Shown here: positions 53,901 to 64,000 of the stretch, piece after piece
How the letters are laid out: the number at the start of each line of letters is the position of its first letter
How positions within the stretch are numbered: the stretch's first letter is position 1
Assembly: GCA_050084985.1 (NCBI GenBank)
Contig: JBITNC010000001.1
Coordinates: forward strand, 95,728,001 to 95,792,000
DNA length: 64,000 bases
Direction of reading: 5' to 3'
Source: Nageia nagi
Taxonomy: Eukaryota > Plantae > Pinophyta
Notes under the pieces: model-generated
Told to the model about the DNA's origin: nothing
Database searches by the model: none
The model's input: only the letters and a program-made list of their open reading frames with translations
Program-made: the position numbers and the translations under genes

Positions 53901-55914
53901 GTCTTCTTGACTTGGATATTGAGGTGAAATAAACTAATCCTTTGTTCCTAAATATTATTTTCTTCACCAATTTTATAAATAATTGAGAAATTAATATTTT
54001 CATTAACATCATAACTTCCCTCAACATCCTCACATCTATTGACCATAACATTCTTCTTATGCTTATTCTTCTTCTTATGTGAACATAATTCTGGATGAAG
54101 TTTACAACATTTCACTTCAACATGACCATATTTATCATAATGATTACAATTATTATTTTCACCATCTTTCTTTTAAGTATTAGTGAGTTTTTCTCTTGCT
54201 TACCTTTTCCTTTCTCTTGAGATTTCCCTTTTTCTTGCCGACCCTTTGAACTTGAAGCCTTCCTAGAGTCTTCATATTGCCTTATTGCTTTCCCATCCTC
54301 TTCTAAATATTTTTTTGAAAAAACACTTGATCAAGATTTGAAAGTTTGTATAACATTATAGTCTTTTACAAATGACTATGTAGCTCTCTAATGTACATAT
54401 CAATTTTTTAGGATCTTTAAGTGAAATCCCAAGCAAAGTAGCTTTATTCCTAAATTCAATAGTGTATTCTTGAATTGATTTCCCTATTTTTTATGTAAAT
54501 AATTATGATTTTATTAATTTATTATTATGATGTCTAATGGATAAAATTTATCCTTCAATAAAGTTTTTAAATTGTTCCCAATAAGATATTTTCATCTGGT
54601 TTTATGTGTAAGAGTTTCAACATGACTCTCCCACCAAATTAATGTATATCCATCCATATTCAATATTGCAAAAGAAATTTTATTGAAATAATAAACAACA
54701 CATTGGATCTATAAATATACCTCCAATTGATTCATCCAATTGTTCAACTTATCAATGTCAACCTCTTCACCAAAAGTAGGAATCTCCACCTTTTCCTCCA
54801 CCTTAAATGGAATGAAATGAGATTATGATGATTATGATGAATTAGGTATTCCTTATTCTCCACTATGATGTTACCTCTAATTATTATTATTTGAGTGAAA
54901 TCTAGATAATAGCTCAATAAATCTTATCAAATGATTCTTAATTACAATGAACCTTCTCTCAAAATCAAAATTTGACATAGCTTGAACATTCTTAGACTAT
55001 TCTTCTTCTATCTATTCCATAGAAGTCACCTTATCCATCTACTAATATCAAGATTCTCAGGGAGTAATTCACTTCATTTATATCTTTTATCAAGATTAAC
55101 AATCCCGATGTGTATGCTTTATGAACTCACTGTATGATGTAGGTGTCATGATTTCCATAAAATCTTTCTATGAAACTTTGATAGCTTGCACTTTGATACC
55201 ATGTGATCTATAATCACATATGCTTATAGCATACTTGGATCCTCACTTACATATTCTAAATGAAAACTTTATGAAACACTATGTTACCCATCAAATAACA
55301 TATGCAAATTGAAATCAATGTAATACTATAGAATAATCAATAAAAAATAATTTCAATCACACATATAATATTTTAACACAATGGTTTCCTCTGGTTCATC
55401 CAATGTGGGATTCCAACATGGAATGGGAGTTTTTTTTCTTATTTTCTATAGAGAATTATGATATGCAAATGTATATAGATAAATACTATCAATATGATTG
55501 TAATACATCCTTCTACAAACTTCTGCAATACTCCTACAATAGAATACTACTATAGAGAACAACAATCTACAAGATGAATCTTGGTCTCGCTTGCAAATAC
55601 TCTCCAAACACCTTCCAACATCATATAAATAATGTAAAATAGGTCTAAAATAGGCTCAAATATACCAACAATTGATGGTTAAGTTTCCAAAATGGTTTAA
55701 CTATCCAAATGACCATATCACTCTAACTTCACTCAAAAAATGATCCAAACCTACAATTTGGATGCCTTGAAGATAACATTAACATAAAGTGGATGTCATC
55801 CTTCTTGTGAGATCAGGTCACTAGATTTTAGGAATAAGTTGCTCTCCAAATACATAAATATCTAGTACAATCCCTTTTCCTAAAAAGATCAACTTTCAAA
55901 TCCGTTTCAGATCA
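44983..55914 (-). mobile_element. Ty3/gypsy chromovirus, CRM-like, related to 8587-14665; interrupted by a copia
   Basis: LTRs 44983-45663 and 55204-55914 (TGAT...GATCA), TSD TTAAT, decayed iMet PBS at ~55190-55201, PPT after 45663. RT motifs WRMCIDYRAL and VIVYLDDIL; integrase PWECISMDFVGGFP. Confidence 0.92.
49108..53856 (+). mobile_element. decayed Ty1/copia retrotransposon nested in the protease region of the CRM-like element
   Basis: TSD TCAAA (49103-49107 / 53857-53861). 5' LTR 49108-~49355 is truncated; 3' LTR ~53439-53856 follows the PPT AAGAGGGTG. Motifs: gag (ENEVMGDYCVRV), WDLRFGHLNF, integrase FIDDYSR, RT VERYKARFMAKGF and LYVDNL, RNase H KYIDMKYQFIRD. Confidence 0.9.
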
Positions 55915-56954
55915 TTAATGGATCTACATTATAAACTAATATGTATCAAAAATCCTATTGTGGAAATCTAATATGAATTATATAATCTTGTAGGAATTAG
56001 GACTACACTAATCCTCAAGGTCCAAGACTAGGAAACTCAATCATTCATCATCTACAAGCTAATAACACCATTCAAACAAGATAACACAAATATAATGTGG
56101 TTCCTCCCTCCTTGGGAGTACATCCACAACTAGTTCTCAATTCTCAATCTATGCACCTCTTACTACAATTCCTTTCTCTCCTACACAAACTAGTAGAGTA
56201 ATCTTACTCCAAATCTTAGTTATGTTACAAGAGGAGAGGCCCTCTATTTATAGAATGAGAGCACCTCCCTAACCTCCCTTTAACCCAAGGGTAAGGTTAG
56301 GGTTACAATAAATGTATGACCTAACTTTAACCTACCAACTAACCCCATGGTAAGGTCAAAGTCTACATAATAAAGAGTTCAATTAATCCCTTAAGGTATC
56401 TACATATCCTTTAAGTGATTAATTGAATTTACAAAGAGTTTAGATATTCACAATATTTCATTACAAATTCTAACACTCCCCCTTAATGCAATATTGGGAT
56501 ATAGCATAGAAGAGAGAAGAGAGAGAGTAAGCGAGAGTTCTCCTCCATAGAGATACTAGTGGAGATGAGAACATTTACATATTTGAGAATCTTTTTGAGA
56601 ACTAGTTTGAGACTCACTACATTACCATTTGACAAAATGGTTTATAATAAAATCATTAACCACAACTGGTTTCGTTGTACATAGTAGTCGATCAACTTTA
56701 AGCTGACATGTGAGTCTCCATGAGCTTGCTTACACAAGGTGAGTAACCTACATTTTTGAAGAAGATCCTGCATGCTACAAGCAACTCATGAACAAAATCA
56801 GTTAGATGCATCATATATTCAAATAAGAGAATCAAATAATGCCATCTTATAAATAACTGATCCATGGTGCACTATAAGTCATCATGGAGATGCCAAGCCA
56901 TCACTCATAGTCACCTGTTGTATATAGACATGTGTTGATTATTAATAGAGCATA

Positions 56955-57320
56955 AAAATTGTACAAGTTTCTCACACAAAGCAAACTTACCACAGAGGTA
57001 TAAAATGTACAACAAGTTCCTCACGCAAAGTGAACTTACCATGGAGGTATATTAATTATATGCTTAAAAAATTGTACAACAAGTTTCTCACGTAGAGCAA
57101 ACTTACCATGGAGGTATAAAATGTACAACAAGTTTGTCACGTAGAGCAAACTTACCATGGAGGTATAAAAATGTACAACAAGTTTGTCACGTAGAGCAAA
57201 CTTACCATGGAGGTATAAAATGTACAACAAGTTTGTCATGTAGAGCAAACTTACCATAGAGGTATAAAATGTACAACAAGTTTGTCACGCAGAGCAAACT
57301 TACCATGGAGGTATAAAATG
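56955..57320. repeat. ~49-bp tandem array (7 copies) in the copia 3' non-coding region
   Basis: AAAATGTACAACAAGTTTGTCACGTAGAGCAAACTTACCATGGAGGTAT repeated, with one 15-bp interruption. Confidence 0.95.
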
Positions 57321-57331
57321 ATCAACACACA

Positions 57332-60300
57332 CTATATAACAACAACAAAAGAGCCTCTTAGAGGTGAAGTTGTCATCACTAACAAAAGTTCAAACTTCAC
57401 TCCCCTTGAGGACAACTTGCTGAACTGAGCTTCAAGAAGGGGCTTGGTGAATAAATCAGCAGAGTTTTTAGTAGATGGACAATACTCCAAGTGTATGATG
57501 TCATCTAGAACCTTCTCCTTGATAAAATGGGCTTGGATTTCCACATGTTTGGTTCTCTGATGGAACACAAGATTCTTAGCCAAAGAGATAGCCAATTGAT
57601 TGTCTGAAGAAATAAGAGATGGGCCATTTTGCTTATACCCAATTTCGTTCAAAAGATGCCTCAGCCAAATAGCTTCTTGGGTGGCAATAGACATGGCTTG
57701 ATATTCGGCTTTGATGGTAGAAAGAGTCACAGTAGGTTGCTTTTTGGAAGCCCAAGAGATAGCACTTGAACCAATGCTAAACACATATGCAGAGGTTGAT
57801 TTTCTATCATCTCTATCTCCCCATAATTAGAATCTGAGAACCTAGAGAGAACAATCGAGGGCACTTTGGAATACTTAAGAGCAAGATCCTTTGTCCCTGC
57901 CACATACCTCAAGATTTGCTTAACAGCATTGAGGTGTTCAACATATGGTTTTTGCATGAATCATGCCATCAGATTCACTACAAAGGTAATATAAGGTTGA
58001 GAGATAGTCAAATACAGAAGACTACTAATCAATTACCTATAAGCTATAGCATCAACCAACTGAGAATCTGAGCTCAAAGATACAACGATTCTAGGAGAAA
58101 TAGGTATTGCAGCATATCTACAATCCTACATTCCAAACTTTTGTAAGATGTCTAATATATACTTAGATTGACTAAGATAAGTACAATCTTTGTGTTGGTA
58201 TACTTGCATCCCAAGATAGTAATGCAATAGACCTAGATCAATCATTTCAAATGTTGCCTTCAGTTTGGATATGCACTCTTGGATGATTTCAATATTATTG
58301 CTAGTTATGAGAAGATCATCCACATAAAGGAGAATTAAGACCATGTCTTTTCCTTGATTGAGTACATAGAGATCTGAGTTAGAGAAGCACTTGGAAAAAC
58401 CAATATCTACAAAGAATCCTAAAATTTTCTTGTACCATGCTCTAGGTGCTTGCTTAAGTCCATACAGAGACTTCTTTAGCTTACACAAAAGAGACTCTTT
58501 TCCTTCTGGAATAAATCCTTCTGGTTGATTCATGTAGATTTCTACATCCAAGTCACCATTGAGAAATGCACTCTTGACATCAAGTTGAAAAACTTTCCAT
58601 CCTTGAGCTACAGAAAGAGCAAGGATTATCCTAACAGTAGGCATCTTGGCCACAGGAGCAAAGGTTTCCTCATAATCAATACCATATTTCTAAGTGAATC
58701 CTTTGGCCACTAACCTTGCTTTGTATTTTTCAATTTCTCCATTAGAATTGTACTTGACCTTGTATATCCATTTATTTCCAATCACATTTGTCTCATTAGG
58801 ATAAGGAACCAAATCCCAAGTTTCATTTTTCATGAGTGCCTCATACTCAACTTTCATATCTTCCATACAACACTCTTGCTTGGAAGCTTCTTTCAAGGTT
58901 GATGGCTCATTTGTATTATCAATTTTAGCAAATAAAGATTTATTCAAGGTCATACTTCTTGTAATTCTTTGAGCTGGAGAATTTTGCTCTTGTGGTGACT
59001 TCCCTACATTATCATCCAACCAGTTAGGTGCAGGCAAAGAATCATTTGAATTAGACACCTTAGCATGAGAATTCATATCCTCAGGAAGTTCATTGAACTT
59101 GACATCCCTAGAAATAAAGACTATTTTATGGGATGAGGAGTAGAGCCTGTAACCTCTATGCTGATTATCATACCCCATAAAGATGCATTTTTCTGATCTT
59201 TTATCCAACTTCTTTCTTTTCTCTGAGGTAATGAAGGCAAATGCATCACAACCGAAGACCCTAAAGTGTGAGATGTTAAGTTTCTTTCCTGTCCATGCTT
59301 CATACGGAGTTTTACCTTCAACTACTTTAGTAGGACACCTATTTAGGGTGTGAATAGCAGTGTGAACACCTTCACCCCATAAGAAACTAGGAAGGTTACC
59401 CAACATGCACCTTGCCATTTCCATAATGGTTCGATTCTTCCTTTTAGCAACTCCATTTTGTTGAGGAGTGTAAGGGATTGTGAATTGCCGCTTGATCCCA
59501 TGTTTAACACAATAGTTTTTAAACTCATTGCTATTATACTCACCCCCATTATCAGATCTCAGCATCTTGATCTTAAAATTAGTTTGATTTTCAACAAGAG
59601 CCTTGAAGTCTTTAAACCTATCAAAAGTTTGATCCTTATGCTCAAGTAGATAACCAAATGTCATCCTGCTAAAGTCATCAATGAAGGTCAAAACATAAGA
59701 AGCTCCCCCTAGAGACTTAGTCTAAAATAGACCCATCAAATCTGAATGCACAAGCTGAAGAGGACGAGTAGCTTAAGTTACCTTATCTTTTTCAAACTTT
59801 TACCTATTCATCTTTCCTAGAATGCACCTTTCACAGAGACCAATTGTGGGTGAAATATTAGTTAAACCTTCCACAAGTTCTTGATTTTTCATATCTTGAA
59901 TACTCTTGTGGTTAAGGTGCCCTAATCGTTGATGCCAAAGATTACCCTTTGAATAAACATTTGTAGCAATACACAGCTTTGAAGGAACTTGATCCACAAT
60001 ATAAAGGTCATCCTTTACTAATCGTTTCATCAAGGTGGCAAGTCCTTTCTTAACACACCAGGAGTGTGAGGTAAACTCAAATGAGTATCCTTTCCTTGTA
60101 ATCTGAATTACGGAGATAAGATTCATCCTTAGTTTAGGCACATAAAAGACATTATCAAGAACCTTTCCATGAATCTTCACACTCCCTATTCCTTGAACAT
60201 CAAGGACTGAATTATCACCTATCACAACTGCATCCTTCATGTACTTATGAAAGTTTTCAAACTTATCCTTTTCATAACACATGTGATTAGTGCATCCTGA

Positions 60301-61114
60301 ATCAACAATCCAATCATTTGAAATAGTTTGAGTCATTGAGTAGTAGGCAACAGTAGCAGCATGCTTGTTCTTCTTTTTATTAATGTTTGAACTTCCTGAA
60401 GGTAGATGAGGATTTGTTATCTTTGAATTTATAATGTTTGAACTTCTTGAAAGGAGTTTTGGTTGCTCCTAGAGCAATGTTATTGTCCTTTGGAGAAAAG
60501 TTCAACATTTTCTTATCCAAAGTTTCCTCATGCTTCAGAAGGAGTCTAGAAAGGTTATCAAGAGAGATGACATCTTCTTCATCATCGAGCCTAGTTTCCA
60601 TAACTGTGACAAAATTATTGAACTTTGTAGAAAGGCTTTGAAGAATGATGAAGACCATGAACTCATCATTGATCCAATTGCACCCACAGCCAACTAGTTG
60701 TGTCCTGAGGTCAATGATTTTGTTCAAGTAAATAGAGGCACTTTCATCTTCACTTTGACGATATTGCAACAACTTTTGTAAAATAGTGAACCTCCTTGAA
60801 AATTTTAACCCAAGGTAAATTTTTTTCAGCCTATCCCAAGCTTCCTTTGTTGATGTTGAAGAAGAGATCATGAGAAGTACGTCATCTAAAACTACACGAT
60901 AAATCATTGAAGTTGATAACTCATTCTTTGAGTTGTAGATTTCAAGAGCCTTCTCATCTATAGGAGCGACCATGTCTTCATTAACTGTTTGCCATAGCTT
61001 CCTTGCTTGTAACTTAGCTTTCATACAAGGTTCCCATATGCCAAAGTTGGAACCATCGAGTATATGCTTGGGTATGAAGGTTTCAACCATTGCTACATAA
61101 AAGTAAATATGCAA
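57332..61114 (-). pseudogene. copia gag-pol polyprotein, disrupted by several stops and a frameshift
   Basis: gag (LDGSNFGIW..KEAWDRLKKIY), protease WIVDSGCTNHM, WHQRLGHLN, integrase FIDDFSR/RSDNGGE/PQQNGVA, RT QLDVKSAFLNG/LYVDDLL, RNase [19 protein letters not shown]. Confidence 0.92.
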
Positions 61115-62769
61115 TAAGAATGAAAATTTTACAATTTACCATCTATACAAATAAAACATTGATAAGTAAACATGTCCCACATGTGCAAACTTATAAACCA
61201 AGATCCATAGAAGGATAAAGTTGAGGTTGTTTTTGTGTATAGAATTAGGCCTTCACCTGGATTCCTGCAAGGTGGAGCCTAGGTACTACCAATCCTCAAC
61301 CAATTCACCTTGGTCAGTAATATACTCTCTCAAGGAGAAGTACCAACTATTTTCCAAGGATCTGACGTATCTTGGACCGACCATTTTAATTATCTTGTTT
61401 AAGATTTTCAATTTTCCTCCTAGGTTATCAAGATAATCCTTGAATGGACATGCGGACATGTGGTATCACTACACACATGCCTATCCACCTAATAGAGTTA
61501 TGTCCAATCCAACAGAGGTCTTAGGGGCAATTAAGATGGATTTACCACCACTTGGTTCTTTGGACTAAAAAGGCTCCAGTCTGCCCTGTCCTCACCTCGT
61601 GGCTCCCGAAATAAGTCATGTTGTGGAAAAGTACGTGCGGATGTGTTCATTTTAGGGGTTACTTTCAATATTTTGCATTTTGCAAGTATAAAGCAATTGT
61701 GCAAAAATATAAAGTAAAGTAAAAATACATCATCCACAAGAACTTGAAACCTTAAGAGTCCAATGGGTTTTGTACTAACCCCTAAAGGACATTTTACATT
61801 TTGCATACTTTGCTCAAGTTCATAAATTCATTCAAACACTTTAATGAATTTTTTTTTTTAAAAAAAAGGCTAAGTCCTACTTAGCATTAATCCATAACTT
61901 AAACATGCATTATTCTATGACTTAAAAATTAAGTAATAAACATGCATCATGCATTATTTAACTTAAACTTTTAAGTACTAAGCATGCTTTATTTCTACAC
62001 AAGATTAAGAGGCATGGATTACAAATTTAGCATGCAAGATCTAGATAAAGATTTAAGTAAAATTATACAAATTCCCCTCTTTTCACTTAAAGTTTTATCC
62101 CTAAAAACTTGTATGCTAAAAATTGTCTTTTAAGTATGCATTTATATTTTAAGTAAAAAAATTCCCTTGTTTACTTAAAAAATAGCATACTTAACTTAAA
62201 TATTTATCCTTCAAAGATAGCATACTTAGATTACCTTAGCAAATTTTTACTAAAAAATATTTTACCTAAGTAAATTACCATACTTAGAAAAAAAATGCTA
62301 AGAAATTGACATTCTAGAAATTGCATGTGCACCTTAGTAAATGCAATATTAAAAATTATTCTAAGCACCTTTTTAAAAAGGTAAGCAAAGTTTAAAAAAA
62401 TATTCACTACTTTTCAAGTCTGTAAGAATTAAATGGAAAAAGAGGAGACCCATACCCCTACTACATGCATATTTAATGCTACTTTTACCTCAAGCACTCC
62501 AAGTCAAAAAAAATAAATGCACATAGGTAAAATAGTGATGGCTACCCTTCCCTTACCAAGAAGGAGTATACATTGCCTCTGGAAGTGTATTTAAAGAAGG
62601 TAAAAAGTAGTCAACAAAAAATTAAATGCTCAAAGAAAAAAAAGAAGAGGGTTGCTTAGGAGAACACTAGACGGTGAGGTCAATCTTTTGGAGGAGAAGG
62701 TCATGCATGTCTTTGATTGGAAGCTGCTTACAGATCCACTTCATTGGTGGAGAGTGCAATGGTGTGTTG

Positions 62770-62835
62770 AAGAGTATCATTTCCACCATATTCAAGGCCC
62801 TATGTGAAAGCATGGGGATCGTGGGGAAATTCGTT
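62770..62835 (-). pseudogene. captured fragment of plant glutaminyl cyclase (glutaminyl-peptide cyclotransferase)
   Basis: An alternative minus-strand frame reads NEFPHDPHAFT*GLEYGGNDTL, matching the plant/bacterial type I QC motif (N)EFPHDxxAFTQGLxYxGNDTL with a CAG>TAG change. Confidence 0.75.
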
Positions 62836-63058
62836 CTTATTACATTTACTCGGAGGTGCGCTCTAAGCTCCATGAAAAGATCGTGCATATGGCCCAAATC
62901 AGTAGCATTGCCATGGGAGTAAAGCAAAGTGAAATGAGCATAAGGATGGTGCCAATATGTGGCTGCTATTTTATTCCCAGCCTTGGTATCCAACAATAGA
63001 CCTTCCATGTTGTTGTCCTACGGACTCCTAGTCATGAAAAAAACTTTCTGCCATCCTT
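62836..63058 (-). pseudogene. captured fragment of an ABHD17-like alpha/beta hydrolase (depalmitoylase family) first exon
   Basis: NNMEGLLLDTKAGNKIAATYWHHPYAHFTLLYSHGNATDLGHMHDLFMELRAHLRVNVI contains the family LLYSHGNAxDLG motif. No downstream exons are present. Confidence 0.85.
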
Positions 63059-63422
63059 ATGGCAAGGGAGGAGGGAGTAGGCGTAGCCGACGTGTGCAAG
63101 GATGAGGATGTGCAGAGGTGAGGGCCGGACTGTGAGTGAAGGTGACTGTGGGTAGCCATGGGGGTCTGTTGAGAGTGAGGGTGACATAACACGATAGTCA
63201 TGGGGTCAGGTGAGGGAGAGGCGATAGACTACGGGTTGCATGGAGAGGGATGCAAAGCTCATGACAACAGAATCTGTACAGCCTAGTCACGATGCTAGAG
63301 GAGGAGAGGAGGTGCTCAACCAAACCAAGATTTTTTAACATCTTCTCCATGGGAAGAATGGCACAAGCCATAGCAAAGGCACGTAGGAAAAAAAGAATGA
63401 GGAGGAGGCAAAGTAGAGATTT

Positions 63423-63482
63423 CCAAATGGCATCGCTCGCTTCTGCAAACAGATCCCCTGCAGGAAACTGCTTCTTATCGTT
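63423..63482 (-). pseudogene. captured fragment of an EG45-like/plant natriuretic peptide (DPBB) gene
   Basis: NDKKQFPAGDLFAEASDAIW resembles the GNDxxQFPxxxLFAAAxDxIW(DNGAACG) motif. Only 20 codons. Confidence 0.5.
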
Positions 63483-64000
63483 CATGTGGTCGTGCATGCG
63501 AGATGAAATGGGCACCCTTCATTTTGCAATTTCTGCCATTGCGAGGAGGGGGGGCTGCAATATCATTCGTAATCCCTTTCAACGTGGCTATTTTATGCAT
63601 ATCCATTGACCATTACAATCCATAAGACTACATTTCAGCTAGGCATTTTTGTCCTCCACATTAAAAATGTTTATTAAACTTTGCAAAAAATATTCCACCC
63701 CTTTCTTTTTTTTTCTTTTTTTTTAATATGTATAAAAAAAATTGCTCTCAACAATGAAAAAAATTTCAAACTTTGAATAAAAGTATAAATTGAGAGCTGC
63801 CTCTTTAATTCAACAATAAATGGCATAAAGAAATATTGCAATTTTTATATACTAATCTCAAAACATCATGCTCACTAGAGGTTAGTATAATTAAAATCAT
63901 TATATTTCTATTTTTTAGCCCTTTTTTTTTTGCAAAATTAACTAACACAAAACTCAAGATATGTTAGTATCATTAGTGACATAAGCCAAAAATTAAGGAG

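Larger units (their letters stand above)
55989..61114 (-). mobile_element. Ty1/copia retrotransposon, comparatively young; 3' LTR 55989-56475, 5' LTR not in the window
   Basis: LTR TGTAGGAATT...AATTCTAACA with adjacent PPT TTAAGGGGGAG, and gag-pol in copia domain order. The element probably extends past 61114 toward or beyond the window end. Confidence 0.88.

Noticed and set aside
56955-57320. Regular ~49-bp array as a CRISPR
   Set aside because: Units are head-to-tail with no unique spacers, there are no cas genes, and the context is a eukaryotic retrotransposon.
62667-63008. 113-aa ORF as a functional ABHD17-like gene
   Set aside because: It lacks the N-terminus and all catalytic exons. 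Its last ~55 aa are an out-of-frame read through other captured sequence.

Overview
Eukaryotic (plant) nuclear DNA, very AT-rich and CpG-depleted. The retroelement types and PPR relics suggest a large gymnosperm (conifer-like) genome; this is an inference. One intact host gene is present: an 8-exon, 271-aa HAD-superfamily phosphatase of the SDT1/pyrimidine 5'-nucleotidase-like family (25208-27561, +), in a roughly 5.5-kb CpG-retaining island with no recognisable TE. The rest is mostly nested, decayed retroelements, several of which can be bounded from LTR ends, PBS, PPT and TSD. (1) A pol-less LARD-like gypsy element (8325-21663) has a CRM-like chromovirus (8587-14665) in one LTR and a 1.5-kb LINE-style insertion carrying an unusual ORF (15914-17456). 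(2) A decayed L1 appears to lack RT (~35700-39755). (3) A young 2.85-kb gag-only element is Galadriel-like (40556-43403). (4) A second CRM-like element (44983-55914) contains a nested copia (49108-53856). (5) A younger copia runs from 55989 to beyond the window. Its 3' region has a 49-bp array of consensus 5' splice/U1 sites. Upstream of its gag lies a same-strand mosaic of short host-gene fragments (EG45-like, ABHD17-like, glutaminyl cyclase-like). Two PLS-PPR pseudogene fragments and a tRNA-derived relic are also present. All assignments were made by eye from motifs; no database searches were run.
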